A stretch of 64,000 bases of DNA from Thermoanaerobaculia bacterium (GTDB taxonomy: Bacteria > Acidobacteriota > Thermoanaerobaculia > Multivoradales > Multivoraceae), in contig OY762911.1 in the NCBI GenBank assembly GCA_963666565.1, positions 544,001-608,000 of the forward strand. The letters are read 5' to 3'. Position numbers and translations under genes: made by a program. Shown here piece by piece: positions 35,947-46,051 of the stretch (position 1 is the first letter of the stretch; each line of letters opens with the position of its first letter). The notes below the pieces were generated by a model. The model saw nothing but the letters and a program-made list of their open reading frames with translations. It was not told where the DNA came from and searched no databases.

Positions 35947-37269
35947 CTACTCCCAGCGCAGGGCGCGCGCCGGCTCGGTCGAGGCGGCCAGCCGGGCGGG
36001 CCACCAGCACGCCAGGGCCACGACCAGCAGGCTGAAGCCGGCCACCGCCAGCAGGTCCAGCGCCCGCACCTCGAACGGAACGCTGTCGATGAAGTAGATC
36101 GCGGCCACGCCGGGATCGAACCGCACCAGTTCGTAGCGGGTGACGATGGCGCTGACCAGCGAGCCGACGGCCAGGCCGAGGCCGGCGCCGGCGGCGCCGA
36201 GGCTCAGCCCGGAGACCAGGAACACCCGCCGCAGCCGGCGCGGGCCGAGTCCGAGGGCGGCGAGCACCGCCGTGTCCCGGCCCCGTTCCCGCACCATGAC
36301 GACCAGGGCCGCGGCGATGTTGAAGGTGGACACGAGCACGATCAGGCCCAGCAGGAGGAACAGGCCCCACTTCTGCAGCCGAAGCGCGGCGAAGATGTCC
36401 CGGTTGCCCCGGCGCCAGTCCGTCACCAGCGCGCCGGCGCCCACCAGCTCCTCGATCTCCCCCAGCACCGCCGCCGGGTCGGCGCCCGGCGACGTCGCCA
36501 CCTCCAGCACGACGCCGACCGAGCCGAGGTCCGCGACCGCGTCCCGGTGGAGGACGGCGTAGCTCCGGTCGTACTCGGAGAATCCGGTCTCGAAGGCGCC
36601 GGCGACCCGGAGCGTGCGGTAGGCGAACCGGGGCCGGCCGGACGCCGAGCCGACGATGGCGGTCAGGCGCAGCAGGTCGCCGTCCGCCGCGCCCAGCGTC
36701 CGCTGGAGCTGGCGGCCGAGGACGACGCCGTCGAAGCCGGCGGCGTCCGCCGCGAGTTCCCGCTCGCCGGCGCCGAAGGTCGAGGCCCCCGGCAGGACGC
36801 CCCGGAACCAGACGTCGACGCCGGCCGGATTCGCCCCGCTCGCCAGCGCGCCCCGGCCGGCCAGGGTGACGCCGACCCGTTCGACCCCGGGCAACCCCCG
36901 CAACCGTTCGGCCGTCCGGTCCGCCTGGGCGACGTCCCCCGCGGCCTCTCCGATCGGGGTGACGACGAGCGGCCCGCTCTGCAGCAGCCGTTTCTCCACC
37001 GAGTTCGTGTAGCCGCTCATCAGAGCCATGGAGACGACCATCGCCGCCACGCCCAGGCCGGTCGACCCGAGCGCCGAACGCGCCGTCCCGGTCAGCAGCC
37101 GGCTTCGCCCTCCGAGCAGGTAGCGCGCGGCGATCCACCAAACGACCGAAGAGGACGCCGGCCTTGCGGGCGGCGCGTCTGCCCGGCCGCCTCCGGCGGC
37201 AGCCGGCGGGGACGCCGGCGCACCCGGTATGCGGCCCGTCGTCTCGGCCCGTTCCCCGGAATCACCCAC
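35947..37269 (-). CDS. LolC/LolE-like (FtsX family) ABC permease
   Basis: IAARYL, FETGFSEYD, DWRRGNRDIFAALRLQK, STFNI, YFIDSVP, PARALRWE. Confidence 0.88.
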   Translation of the reverse strand: MGDSGERAETTGRIPGAPASPPAAAGGGRADAPPARPASSSVVWWIAARYLLGGRSRLLTGTARSALGSTGLGVAAMVVSMALMSGYTNSVEKRLLQSGPLVVTPIGEAAGDVAQADRTAERLRGLPGVERVGVTLAGRGALASGANPAGVDVWFRGVLPGASTFGAGERELAADAAGFDGVVLGRQLQRTLGAADGDLLRLTAIVGSASGRPRFAYRTLRVAGAFETGFSEYDRSYAVLHRDAVADLGSVGVVLEVATSPGADPAAVLGEIEELVGAGALVTDWRRGNRDIFAALRLQKWGLFLLLGLIVLVSTFNIAAALVVMVRERGRDTAVLAALGLGPRRLRRVFLVSGLSLGAAGAGLGLAVGSLVSAIVTRYELVRFDPGVAAIYFIDSVPFEVRALDLLAVAGFSLLVVALACWWPARLAASTEPARALRWE

Positions 37270-38332
37270 AGACGTCGAGGAACTCCCCGAACAGGCGCGC
37301 GGCGTCGTGGGGCCCCGGCGCCGCCTCCGGGTGGTATTGGACCGAGAAGATCGGCCGGCCGGTCGCCTTGAAGGCCTCCACCGTGCCGTCGTTCAGGTTG
37401 ATCGCCGCCACCTGGCAGTCCTCGGGAAGGCTGTCGCCGGCCAGGGCGAAGCCGTGGTTCTGGCTGGTGATGGAGACCTCGCCGGTCTCCTCGTCGCGGA
37501 CCGGCTGGTTGCCGCCGTGGTGCCCGAACTTCAGCTTGAAGGTCCTGCCGCCCAGGGCCAGGCCCAGAAGCTGGTGGCCGAGACAGATGCCGAACAGCGG
37601 AACCTGCGAGTCGATCAGCTCCCGCACCTCGCCGACGATCTCGCGGAGCGGTTCCGGGTCTCCCGGTCCGTTCGAGAGCACCACGCCGTCGACCCCCAGG
37701 GCGAGGCATTCCCGGGCCGACGTCCGCGCCGGCAGCACGACCACCCGCGCGCCCTGGCGGACCAGCGAACGCAGGATGTTCCGCTTGACGCCGAAGTCGT
37801 AGACGGCCAGGCGAACCTTCTCCTCGCCCTCCGGCGGGAGTTCGTACGGGGCCTCGCAGGTCACCTCGTCCACCAGGGCCCGCCCCTCCATCGTCGGCTG
37901 CCGCCGCACCTCCTCGACCAGCTCGGCGTCCGGTCGGTCGCAACTCGTGATCAGGCCCCGCATGGCGCCGCGGTCGCGCAACCGCCGCACGGCGGCCCGC
38001 GTGTCGATGCCCTTGAGCGCCGGCACGCCCGCCGCCTCCAGGTACGCGCCCAGATCGCCGTCGCCCAGTCCCGAGCGCCGCGCGGTGAACTCGCGGACCA
38101 CGAAGCCCTCGACCCAGACGCGGTGCGACTCCTCCGCGTCGCCGCGCGTCCCGTAGTTGCCGATGTGCGGCTGGGTCATGATGACGATCTGGCCCCGGTA
38201 GGACGGGTCGGTCAGGATCTCCTGGTAGCCCGTCATCGAGGTGTTGAAGACGACCTCCGCGAACCGGCTGCCCTCGACCAGCGCCTCGCCGTGGAAGACG
38301 GCGCCGTCCTCGAGGATCAGGCGGCCGGTCAC
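37262..38332 (-). CDS. carA: Carbamoyl-phosphate synthase small subunit
   Basis: EVVFNTSMTGYQEILTDPSY, SNGPGDP, GICLGHQ, QYHPEAAPGP; GTG start overlapping the mce stop. Confidence 0.96.
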   Translation of the reverse strand: MTGRLILEDGAVFHGEALVEGSRFAEVVFNTSMTGYQEILTDPSYRGQIVIMTQPHIGNYGTRGDAEESHRVWVEGFVVREFTARRSGLGDGDLGAYLEAAGVPALKGIDTRAAVRRLRDRGAMRGLITSCDRPDAELVEEVRRQPTMEGRALVDEVTCEAPYELPPEGEEKVRLAVYDFGVKRNILRSLVRQGARVVVLPARTSARECLALGVDGVVLSNGPGDPEPLREIVGEVRELIDSQVPLFGICLGHQLLGLALGGRTFKLKFGHHGGNQPVRDEETGEVSITSQNHGFALAGDSLPEDCQVAAINLNDGTVEAFKATGRPIFSVQYHPEAAPGPHDAARLFGEFLDVCG

Positions 38333-38730
38333 CGCGCCGGCTCCGACAGTTCGAGCAGCACGCCTCCGGCGCTCTTCGGGTGGACGAACTGGACCGTGGC
38401 GCCCTCGGCGCCGGGCCCGGGCCGCTCGCGCAGGAGCGACAGCCCGCCCTCGCGCAGCCTGCCGTCGTCCTCGTGAACGTCGTCGCTCCGCATGCACAGG
38501 TGGTGAATGCCCGGGCCGCGCCGCTCGAGGAACCGCCCCACCGGGGAATCGGCCGAGAGCGGCTCCAGGAGTTCGATCCGCGTGCCGCCGCAGGGAATCA
38601 TCGCCACCCGCACCCCCTCGTGCTCGACCACCTCGATCGCGGCGATCTCGAGGCCCAGGCTCTCGTAGAACGACCTCGCCTCCTCGATCGAGGGGACGGC
38701 GATCGCGACATGGTCCAGGCCGGTGATCAT
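38329..38730 (-). CDS. mce: Methylmalonyl-CoA epimerase
   Basis: LDHVAIAV, IELLEP, GIHHLC, FVHPKSAGGVLLEL. Confidence 0.92.
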   Translation of the reverse strand: MITGLDHVAIAVPSIEEARSFYESLGLEIAAIEVVEHEGVRVAMIPCGGTRIELLEPLSADSPVGRFLERRGPGIHHLCMRSDDVHEDDGRLREGGLSLLRERPGPGAEGATVQFVHPKSAGGVLLELSEPAR

Positions 38731-39878
38731 GGTTCTCCGCTTCGGGGCCGCCGGAGTCCGTCGACGAACTCGCCGACCAGCCGGTCGGCCAGCTCGTACG
38801 GATCGACCGCGTCGCGGGCATCGCCGGCCGGACCGGCGTCCCGCGGCGCCCGATTCTGCTGCGAATCGTCGCCGCCGTCCAGAGGGCCGGAACCGCTCGC
38901 GCCGAGCAGCGCCCGCGCGAGCCGGTCGCCGTCGACCGAATCCACGGCGAGACGCAGGATCTCGTGGCGATAGAGGTCCAGCACCCTGCGCCGGAGCCGC
39001 GCCGCGCGCCGGGCGCCGATCTCGCCCGCCGCCCTCAGCCGTTCGAAGCGCCCGGACACCGCGTCCAGCAGCTCCGGCGCGCCCTCGCCGGTCCGCGCGA
39101 CCGTCGCCAGCACTAGCGGCGGCTCGCTCCCGGCGCCGCTCGCCGGCGACAGCATCTCGGCGATGGACCGGCGCGCGGCGTCCGCTCCCGGCAGGTCGCT
39201 CTTGTTGACGACGAACAGGTCCGCGATCTCCATCGTCCCGCTCTTGATCGCCTGAACGCCGTCGCCCAGGCCGGGCGCGGTGACCAGCACGACCAGGTCG
39301 GAGTTCCGGCGAATCGCGGTCTGGGCCTGGCCGGCGCCCACCGTCTCCACCAGAATCCGGGGAAAGCCCGCGGCATCGAGCAGATCGGTCGCCGCGGCGG
39401 CCGCCCGGGCGAGTCCGCCCCGCGCGCCGCGCGAAGCCATCGACCGGATGAAGACGCCCGGATCGGTCTCCAGGTCCGACATGCGAACGCGGTCGCCGAG
39501 CACGGCGCCGCCGGTCAGCGGGCTGGTCGGATCGAACGCGAGCACCGCCACCGGCTCTCCCCGCTTCCGGAGTTCCCGGGCCAGCGCGGCGGTCAGGGTG
39601 CTCTTGCCGACCCCGGGCGGACCGGTCAGGCCGATCGTCATCGCGCGGCCTGCCCGCCGCCAGGCCGCCTTCGCCAGGGCCAGGGCGCCCGTGCCGCCGT
39701 CAGGCGGCCGCGCGAGGTCCGCCGTCGCCGCGCCGCCGGCGCGCCGCCGGTCCGCCGCGGCCACGGACCGCGTCCGGCCGCCGCGCTCGATGGCGGTCAG
39801 CGCTCGGCCGAGGCGCCGGGTCTCGCGCCAGGGCGCCGGCCCGTCCAGCCAGGCTTCGACGGCTCCGCCGGCGCTCAC
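38727..39878 (-). CDS. meaB: Methylmalonyl-CoA mutase-associated GTPase
   Basis: GPPGVGKST, DPTSPLTGGAVLGDRVRM, FIRSMASRG, ETVGAGQ, NKSD. Confidence 0.92.
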   Translation of the reverse strand: MSAGGAVEAWLDGPAPWRETRRLGRALTAIERGGRTRSVAAADRRRAGGAATADLARPPDGGTGALALAKAAWRRAGRAMTIGLTGPPGVGKSTLTAALARELRKRGEPVAVLAFDPTSPLTGGAVLGDRVRMSDLETDPGVFIRSMASRGARGGLARAAAAATDLLDAAGFPRILVETVGAGQAQTAIRRNSDLVVLVTAPGLGDGVQAIKSGTMEIADLFVVNKSDLPGADAARRSIAEMLSPASGAGSEPPLVLATVARTGEGAPELLDAVSGRFERLRAAGEIGARRAARLRRRVLDLYRHEILRLAVDSVDGDRLARALLGASGSGPLDGGDDSQQNRAPRDAGPAGDARDAVDPYELADRLVGEFVDGLRRPRSGEP

Positions 39879-41695
39879 GACGCCAGCCTGCCCAGCTCGA
39901 CGGCGCCGTAGTAGTGCCAGAGGATCTCGCGGTAGGTCAGGCCCCTCTGTGCCATGAGGAAGGCGCCGACCTGGCACATGCCGACGCCGTGGCCGCGGCC
40001 GCGGCCGCGGAAGCGCCAGCCCGGAAGGCCGCCTTCGCCGGCTTCGGCCGTCAGCTCGACGAGGTGCTCCGGAACGTCCAGCAGCCAGCGGATCGCGAGG
40101 CCCTGGAGTTCCACCGTCCTCTCCCCGCCCACCAGCTCGAGCCTGGCCACCCGGCCCGAGGCGCCGCGCTCCAGCACCCGCAGGGACTCGAGGCCCAGGC
40201 CCGGGAAGCGCTTCTCCGCCGCCACGCGCACGGAACGCCGGGAACGCCAGACCGACCACGGCTCGGCGGCCGCCCGGGCGCGCCGGGCCGGCGTTTCGTG
40301 GACGACGAGAACGGCCCGGCCGCGAACCAGGTACGCCCGCAGGCGGTCGCCGGGCGCCGCCGCCAGCGAGCGCGCGGGCGTCCCGAGGTCGCCGGACGCC
40401 GCTCCCGGCGCGACCCGGGCGACCAGCAACGCCGGCGCCGGGGCGAGCGGGACAAGCCGCCGCCGGCCCTGCCGCCGCAGCTCGAGCCGGCCGCCGCCGA
40501 GGCCGCCCAGGTTGCCCTCCACGACCTCCAGGCCGCCCCTGGAGCGGGCCCGGCGCAGCCGTTCGTCCACTCGCCCGTCGCGCGCCCCGCGGACGCCGAG
40601 AGACCGCAGAAGGTGTCCGCCGGGCGTACCTTCCGCGCCGCCGGCCAGCGTCACGCCTCCACCTTCGACGCAGGGAGTTCCCGCCGGGCCGCCGCCCGCG
40701 AGGCGAGGAAAGACGTGATCGACGAGCTCCGTGCTGCCGCCGCAACTCGCCGTGAACAGCGCCTCCTGGGGCAGACCCCCGCGCATCGCGATCTCGCCTC
40801 CGGTCTCGAGGATCGCCCGGTCCGAGACCGGGTGTTCCACGTCCAGGCCGCCGTAGACCTGGCACAACGGGGTGGCGCAGAGGTCGTAGCCCTCGGCTTC
40901 GAACTCGCCCAGGCGCCGCACCGCATAGGTGCGCGCCGCGACGGCCTGCGCCTTGATCGCCTCGAGCTCCGGGTAGAGGTTCGGCCCGAGCTCGACCGGC
41001 ACGACCCCGCGAAGGTAGTCCTCGAGCGGCGCGGCGTTGACCGCGTTCAGGCCGGCCCGATCGCTCAGGAAGACCTCCAGCGCCCCCCGGTAGCGGCGGC
41101 CGAGAATGTCCACGACCCCATCGGCGGACTCGAACCGGAGCTTCCGCCCCTCGATCCTGCCGATGCCGTCGACGTCGAATCCCGGCGCCTCCAGGATCTG
41201 GCCCTCCACCGTGATCCAGACGTCGTCGAAGCCTTCGACGTGGAGCCGGCCCCGACCCTCCTCGGCGCCCTCCCGGTGCGCGAAGCGTCCCACCCGGACC
41301 CGGTACAGCCCGGTCGCCGCGTCGAGCACCGAGTCCGCCCGCTGCCCGAGCAGACCGGCCAGCCGGCCGGCCAGCTTCTCCGCCTGCGCCCGATCCCGCA
41401 ACGCCGCCACCTGCAGGCGATGAACCCCCGGATTCGCCTCGCCCGGCGCCGGCGCCACGCCGAAGGCGCCGGCCACCTCGTACCGCCGGCCCGTCTCGTC
41501 CACGAGCCAGGAAGGCCCGTCGCAGCAGGCGACCTCGACCCGCTCCAGATCCGTGGCGAGCCCGAGCCGGATCTCCTCCGGCATCGCGATCGACGGCGGC
41601 GACGCCGCCGGGCCCGGACGCGCCGCCGGCGTCGCAGCCAGCAGCAGACAGGCCGCAACCCCCAGTCCGAGGTTCGTCGTCCACCGCTTCGCCAT
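39875..41695 (-). CDS. SpoIID/LytB-domain lytic transglycosylase with SPOR domain
   Basis: Signal peptide; SPOR-like YRVRVGRF; LEDYLRGVVPVE, EAIKAQAVAARTYA, CQVYGG, GHGVGMCQ. Start 41695 or up to 41728. Confidence 0.88.
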   Translation of the reverse strand: MAKRWTTNLGLGVAACLLLAATPAARPGPAASPPSIAMPEEIRLGLATDLERVEVACCDGPSWLVDETGRRYEVAGAFGVAPAPGEANPGVHRLQVAALRDRAQAEKLAGRLAGLLGQRADSVLDAATGLYRVRVGRFAHREGAEEGRGRLHVEGFDDVWITVEGQILEAPGFDVDGIGRIEGRKLRFESADGVVDILGRRYRGALEVFLSDRAGLNAVNAAPLEDYLRGVVPVELGPNLYPELEAIKAQAVAARTYAVRRLGEFEAEGYDLCATPLCQVYGGLDVEHPVSDRAILETGGEIAMRGGLPQEALFTASCGGSTELVDHVFPRLAGGGPAGTPCVEGGGVTLAGGAEGTPGGHLLRSLGVRGARDGRVDERLRRARSRGGLEVVEGNLGGLGGGRLELRRQGRRRLVPLAPAPALLVARVAPGAASGDLGTPARSLAAAPGDRLRAYLVRGRAVLVVHETPARRARAAAEPWSVWRSRRSVRVAAEKRFPGLGLESLRVLERGASGRVARLELVGGERTVELQGLAIRWLLDVPEHLVELTAEAGEGGLPGWRFRGRGRGHGVGMCQVGAFLMAQRGLTYREILWHYYGAVELGRLAS

Positions 41696-41772
41696 CTGCG
41701 ATCCGCTCACTCCCATCGCCCGTTGCATACGTTATTGCAGATACGCCGAAACAGCGGTTCCCGCGGGCTGCA

Positions 41773-41881
41773 CGGGTCTTCCGACCCGCCCCACGCGCGA
41801 AGCCCGAAAGAGGCCAACGCCCGCCAAGAGCCGGCGACGTACTCCTGGCCGCCTCCGGCGGCAGCGGGTCAGAGGACCCGC
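41773..41881. repeat. Inverted pair of REP-like palindromes
   Basis: CGGGTCTTCCGACCCG (41773-41788) and GCGGGTCAGAGGACCCGC (41864-41881); 41848-41886 is a 37/39 reverse-complement match to 23498-23536. Confidence 0.75.
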
Positions 41882-41923
41882 GCACCCAGCGGACGCCGGG
41901 CCGTAGCGCCCAGCCGAAAGCGT

Positions 41924-42108
41924 CCAGTCCACGGCGTCGGCCGGAGGGGAGGGTCCCAGGGCGTCGGAGGCAAGCGTCTGCCGGCCCGGCCCCGTCGACC
42001 GCCGCCGACGTGAAGCGCAGCCGACAACAGCGAGCGCCCAGGCCCCATCCTCCGTGAAGGCGCGAGCGTGCCCCTGGGACCCTCCCCTCCGGCCGATGCC
42101 GTGGACGG
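41924..42108 (-). repeat. ~185-nt intergenic hairpin element, copy C
   Basis: Inverted repeat GTCCACGGCGTCGGCCGGAGGGGAGGGTCCCAGGG / CCCTGGGACCCTCCCCTCCGGCCGATGCCGTGGAC plus shared internal motifs. Confidence 0.85.
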
Positions 42109-42143
42109 GTCTCGCCCTGGGACGCCGCCGTTGCGGACGGGCG

Positions 42144-42893
42144 CTACCGGTGCTGGTGCGCCTGGAGTTCGTGGCGGTAGTCGCCGACGGCGTCGATCAG
42201 GATGGGCTTGGCCATCTGGTGGAGGCGGCTGATCAGGCTGGCGGGGACGCGGCCGTCCAGGGCTCGGCCGGCGTCGGCGCGGTCGCCGTCCGCTTCGGCG
42301 GTCAGGTGGTAGTTGCTGGTGAAGAGGGTCGGCCGGCGGGCCATGTAGCGGCCGTTGATCAGCAGGTAGAGGGTGTCGGAGACGAAGGGCGACGGCCGGC
42401 GCGCGCCGAGCTCGTCGACCACGACCACGTCGGCCTCGTGGAGCGGCCGCAGCAGGTCGGCCTGGTTCCGCGTCGCCTCGGGCTGGAAGGTGGCCTGGAT
42501 GTCGGCGACAAGGCTGGTGAAGTCGACGAACCGGCCGCGGACGCCGTACTGCTCGGCCAGTTCCATCAGCACCGCCACCGCCAGGTGGGTCTTGCCCCGC
42601 CCGCTCGGCCCGATGAACATCAGCCCGGTCTCGTTCAGCGACCCGTCGAGCTCCATGAACTCCTCGACGTACCGGTCGCAGTCGCGCCGCGCATTGAGGA
42701 GCTGATCGCCCACGTCTCCCGCCAGACGGAAGTTCGTCAGCCGGCAGCCCTGGTACTTCAGCGGGATGCCGAGATCGTCGAGGCGCCGGCCGCGGACGCG
42801 CACCGAGTGACAGGCGCAGCGGCGCGCGCGGTTGGTGTCGAGATCGACGATCCAGCCGCGCCCCTGGCAGAGCTCGCAGCCTTCCTCGTTCAA
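42144..42893 (-). CDS. DnaC/DnaI/IstB-like AAA+ ATPase with N-terminal Cys4 motif
   Basis: CELC...CAC, GPSGRGKTHLA, DELG, PTLFTSN, SRL. Confidence 0.85.
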   Translation of the reverse strand: MNEEGCELCQGRGWIVDLDTNRARRCACHSVRVRGRRLDDLGIPLKYQGCRLTNFRLAGDVGDQLLNARRDCDRYVEEFMELDGSLNETGLMFIGPSGRGKTHLAVAVLMELAEQYGVRGRFVDFTSLVADIQATFQPEATRNQADLLRPLHEADVVVVDELGARRPSPFVSDTLYLLINGRYMARRPTLFTSNYHLTAEADGDRADAGRALDGRVPASLISRLHQMAKPILIDAVGDYRHELQAHQHR

Positions 42894-43315
42894 TCCTCGT
42901 CCTCGACCTTGACCAGCGCGCCGCTCCGCACCCAGACCAGGGCGTGCCGGCGCCGGACGCCGCGGCGGCGGTCCGCCGCGTCGCGCTCGACGATCTCCAG
43001 CAGCCGGTCCCGTTCCGCCTCGAGCCGCGCCAGCCGCTCCTGGAGCGTGAGGATGACCTCGACGCCCGCGAGGTTGACCCCCATGTCGCGGGTCAGGGTG
43101 AGGATCGACTCCAGCCGGTGCAGCGCGTCCTCGTCGTAGAGCCGCGTGTTGCCGTCGCTGCGGTCCGGCTGGAGCAGTCCCTCCCGCTCGTACAGGCGCA
43201 GCGTCTGCGGATGGATGCCGTAGCGCTCCGCCACCTTGCTGATCATCACGTAGCGGCCGCCCCCCACCCGCCGGCGGCGGGGGCGGCGCGGCGGCGCCGA
43301 GCGAGGACCGGCCAT
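42890..43315 (-). CDS. hspR: Heat-shock transcriptional repressor HspR (MerR family)
   Basis: MISKVAERYGIHPQTLRLYEREGLL.P.RSDGNTRLY, LTRDMGVNLAGVEVIL; directly follows dnaK. Confidence 0.88.
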   Translation of the reverse strand: MAGPRSAPPRRPRRRRVGGGRYVMISKVAERYGIHPQTLRLYEREGLLQPDRSDGNTRLYDEDALHRLESILTLTRDMGVNLAGVEVILTLQERLARLEAERDRLLEIVERDAADRRRGVRRRHALVWVRSGALVKVEDED

Positions 43316-43321
43316 GCCGCG

Positions 43322-45247
43322 CTAGCTCGCCTTGCCGTCCCCGGCGGAGTCGTCGAGGTCGACGAAGTCGGCGTCGATCACGTCGGCGTCGTCTCCCGCC
43401 GGTCCCGCGCCCGGGCCGCCCGGCGGCGGCGGGGGCGGCGGCGACTCCGCGCCGGTCTGTTCGTAGATCGCTTGCGCAAGCTTGTGCGAGGCCTGGGTCA
43501 GCCGTTCCGACGCGGCCGCCATCGCGGCGGCGTCCTCGCCTTCCATGCTCTTCTTCGCGTCGGCGATCGCCGACTCGATCTCGGCGGCATCGCTCTCGGG
43601 CAGCTTGTCCCTGTTCTCGGCGAGGTTCTTCTCCGTGCCGTAGACCAGGGAGTCGAGCTGGTTGCGGGCGTCCACCGCCTCGCGCCGCTTCCTGTCCTCC
43701 TCGCTGTGGGCCTGGGCGTCCTCGACCATCCGCTCGATCTCGTCCTTGTCGATGCCGCCGGAGCCGGTGATCGTGATCTTCTGCTCCTTGCCGGTGCCCT
43801 TGTCCTTCGCGGAGACGTTGACGATGCCGTTCGCGTCGATGTCGAAGGTGACCTCGATCTGCGGCATGCCGCGCGGCGCCGGCGGGATGCCCACCAGGTG
43901 GAAACGCCCAAGCGTCCGGTTCGCGCCCGCCATCTCGCGTTCGCCCTGCAGCACGTGGACCTCAACCGAGGTCTGGCTGTCGGCGGCGGTCGAGAAGGTC
44001 TCGCTCTTGCGCGTCGGAATCGTCGTGTTGCGGTCGATCAGCTTGGTGAACACGCCGCCCAGGGTCTCGATGCCGAGGGACAGGGGCGTGACGTCGAGGA
44101 GCAGGACGTCCGTCACGTCGCCGGTCAGCACGCCGCCCTGGACCGCGGCGCCGATCGCCACGACCTCGTCGGGGTTGACGCCCCGGTGCGGCGCCCGGCC
44201 GAAGAACTCCTCGACCGCGCTCTGGACCGCGGGCATCCGCGTCTGGCCGCCGACCATCACGACTTCCTCGATGTCGCTCGCCGCCAGCCCCGCGTCCTGC
44301 AGCGCCTGGCGGCAAGGACCGAGCGTGCCGCGGATCAGGTCCTCGACGAGCTGCTCCAGCTTGCTCCGGGTGAGCTTGTAGTTGAGGTGCTTCGGACCCG
44401 AGGCGTCGGCGGTGACGAACGGCAGGTTGATCTCCGTCTCCTGCACGCCGGACAGCTCGATCTTCGCCTTCTCGCCGGCCTCCTTGAGGCGCTGCATGGC
44501 CATCGGATCCTGGCCCAGGTCGATGCCCTGGTCCTTCTTGAACTCGGCCAGCAGCCAGTCGATGATCCGCTGGTCGACGTTGTCGCCGCCGAGGTGGGTG
44601 TCGCCGTTCGTCGACTTCACCTCGACCACGCCCTCGCCGACCTCCAGGATGGAGATGTCGAAGGTGCCGCCGCCGAAGTCGTAGACCGCGATCGTCCGGT
44701 CGCCCTCCTTGTCCAGGCCATAGGCGAGCGCGGCCGCGGTCGGCTCGTTGACCAGCCGCTCGACCGTCAGCCCCGCGATCTGGCCCGCGTCCCGCGTGGC
44801 CTGGCGCTGGGCGTCGTTGAAGTAGGCGGGCACCGTGATCACGGCGCGTTCCACCGGCGCTCCGAGGTAGTCCTCGGCCGCCTGCTTCAGCTTCTGGAGC
44901 ACCATGGCGGAGATCTGCGGCGGCGTGTAGTCCTTGCCCGACGCCGCGATCCGCACGTCCTCGCCGGAACTCGTCACCGCGTAGGGGACCATCTTCTGCT
45001 CTTCCGAAACCTCGGCCAGGCGCCGTCCCATGAAGCGCTTGATCGAGAAGATCGTGTTCTCCGGGTTGGTCACCGCCTGCCGCTTGGCGACCTGACCGAC
45101 CAGCCGCTCGCCCTTGTCGGTGAACGCGACGATCGACGGCGTGGTCCGGCTTCCTTCCGAGTTCGGAATCACCTTCGGATCCGAACCCTCCATCAGGGCG
45201 ACGACGCTGTTCGTCGTGCCCAGGTCGATGCCAATGATCTTGCTCAA
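43322..45247 (-). CDS. dnaK: Molecular chaperone DnaK
   Basis: [56 protein letters not shown]; TTG start with SD CAGGAGAG. Confidence 0.98.
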   Translation of the reverse strand: MSKIIGIDLGTTNSVVALMEGSDPKVIPNSEGSRTTPSIVAFTDKGERLVGQVAKRQAVTNPENTIFSIKRFMGRRLAEVSEEQKMVPYAVTSSGEDVRIAASGKDYTPPQISAMVLQKLKQAAEDYLGAPVERAVITVPAYFNDAQRQATRDAGQIAGLTVERLVNEPTAAALAYGLDKEGDRTIAVYDFGGGTFDISILEVGEGVVEVKSTNGDTHLGGDNVDQRIIDWLLAEFKKDQGIDLGQDPMAMQRLKEAGEKAKIELSGVQETEINLPFVTADASGPKHLNYKLTRSKLEQLVEDLIRGTLGPCRQALQDAGLAASDIEEVVMVGGQTRMPAVQSAVEEFFGRAPHRGVNPDEVVAIGAAVQGGVLTGDVTDVLLLDVTPLSLGIETLGGVFTKLIDRNTTIPTRKSETFSTAADSQTSVEVHVLQGEREMAGANRTLGRFHLVGIPPAPRGMPQIEVTFDIDANGIVNVSAKDKGTGKEQKITITGSGGIDKDEIERMVEDAQAHSEEDRKRREAVDARNQLDSLVYGTEKNLAENRDKLPESDAAEIESAIADAKKSMEGEDAAAMAAASERLTQASHKLAQAIYEQTGAESPPPPPPPGGPGAGPAGDDADVIDADFVDLDDSAGDGKAS

Positions 45248-45355
45248 GTCTCTCTCCTGAATCGTCCGCGCAGCGGCGCGAACGGGTGGCTTTCCGTTTC
45301 TCCGGGCGCTTCGGGCGGGCGCCGGCCGACCGGCAGCCTGCCCGATGCGACGAAG

Positions 45356-45422
45356 ACCCTAAGACCTAAGCGGCTCGCTGTCAAGTCCCGAAGACGCTTG
45401 ATCTGATGATCGAACGCTCAAG
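45356..45422 (-). promoter_or_regulatory. dnaK sigma70-type promoter overlapped by HAIR-like (HspR) operators
   Basis: Minus strand TTGACA(45384-45379)-N17-TAGGGT(45361-45356); CCTAAGC-N7-TGTCAAG (45365-45385) and TCTGATG-N7-GCTCAAG (45402-45422) resemble CTTGAGT-N7-ACTCAAG. Confidence 0.65.
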
Positions 45423-45476
45423 TTTTGCGCTGTCCGGGGCGACGGACGACCGGCGCCCGCGGATCGCGGCGGGCGT

Positions 45477-46031
45477 TCAGCTACGGGACTTCTCGACGTA
45501 CCGCATCCGGAGCTGCGCGAGGAGATCGTCGAGCAGCGCCGTCTCCTCGGTGGAGACGTTGCCGCGCGTCTTCTCCTGCAACACGGCCAGGAGGTCGATG
45601 TGGAGTCGTGCGCGCGGCAGATCCTGGGCGCTCCGACCGTCCGGAAGCTGGGCGTCGCCGAGCAGGAAGGCGATCGGCTCGGCGAGCACGGCGATCAGGT
45701 CCATGAAGCCCGGAGATCCCGCGGGTCCCGGCGGCATCTCGTGGGCGCCCGCGTCGGTTGCCGCGGCGCCAGCGGCAGGTTCCGCGCCGGCGGCCGTCGC
45801 TTGCCCCGGCCCGCCGGCGGGATCGGCCGGACCGCCCCGGGCGGCCGCGGCAGGCGGCGAACCGGCGGAGGCCGCCTCGCCGGGCCCGTCAGCCGGGCCG
45901 GCCGGGCGAACCGGATCGGCCTCGGGGGACGGCGGAGCGGCGCCGTCCGCGCCCTTCCGCTGCTCCAGAAAGCGGTACTCTTCGCGCAGTTCGCCGTCGT
46001 CCGTGAACATCCTTCTGTCGGTGACCTTCAC
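45477..46031 (-). CDS. DUF1844-domain protein
   Basis: VKVTDRRMF N-terminus; C-terminal DLPRARLHIDLLAVLQEKTRGN...EE..LL..L..QLRMRYV. Confidence 0.82.
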   Translation of the reverse strand: MKVTDRRMFTDDGELREEYRFLEQRKGADGAAPPSPEADPVRPAGPADGPGEAASAGSPPAAAARGGPADPAGGPGQATAAGAEPAAGAAATDAGAHEMPPGPAGSPGFMDLIAVLAEPIAFLLGDAQLPDGRSAQDLPRARLHIDLLAVLQEKTRGNVSTEETALLDDLLAQLRMRYVEKSRS

Positions 46032-46051
46032 TTTCCGACCTCCCCGCGCGA

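Noticed and set aside
42144-42893. IS21 element (istB) or prophage replication module
   Set aside because: No istA transposase, terminal repeats or phage genes; the gene is coupled to hspR.
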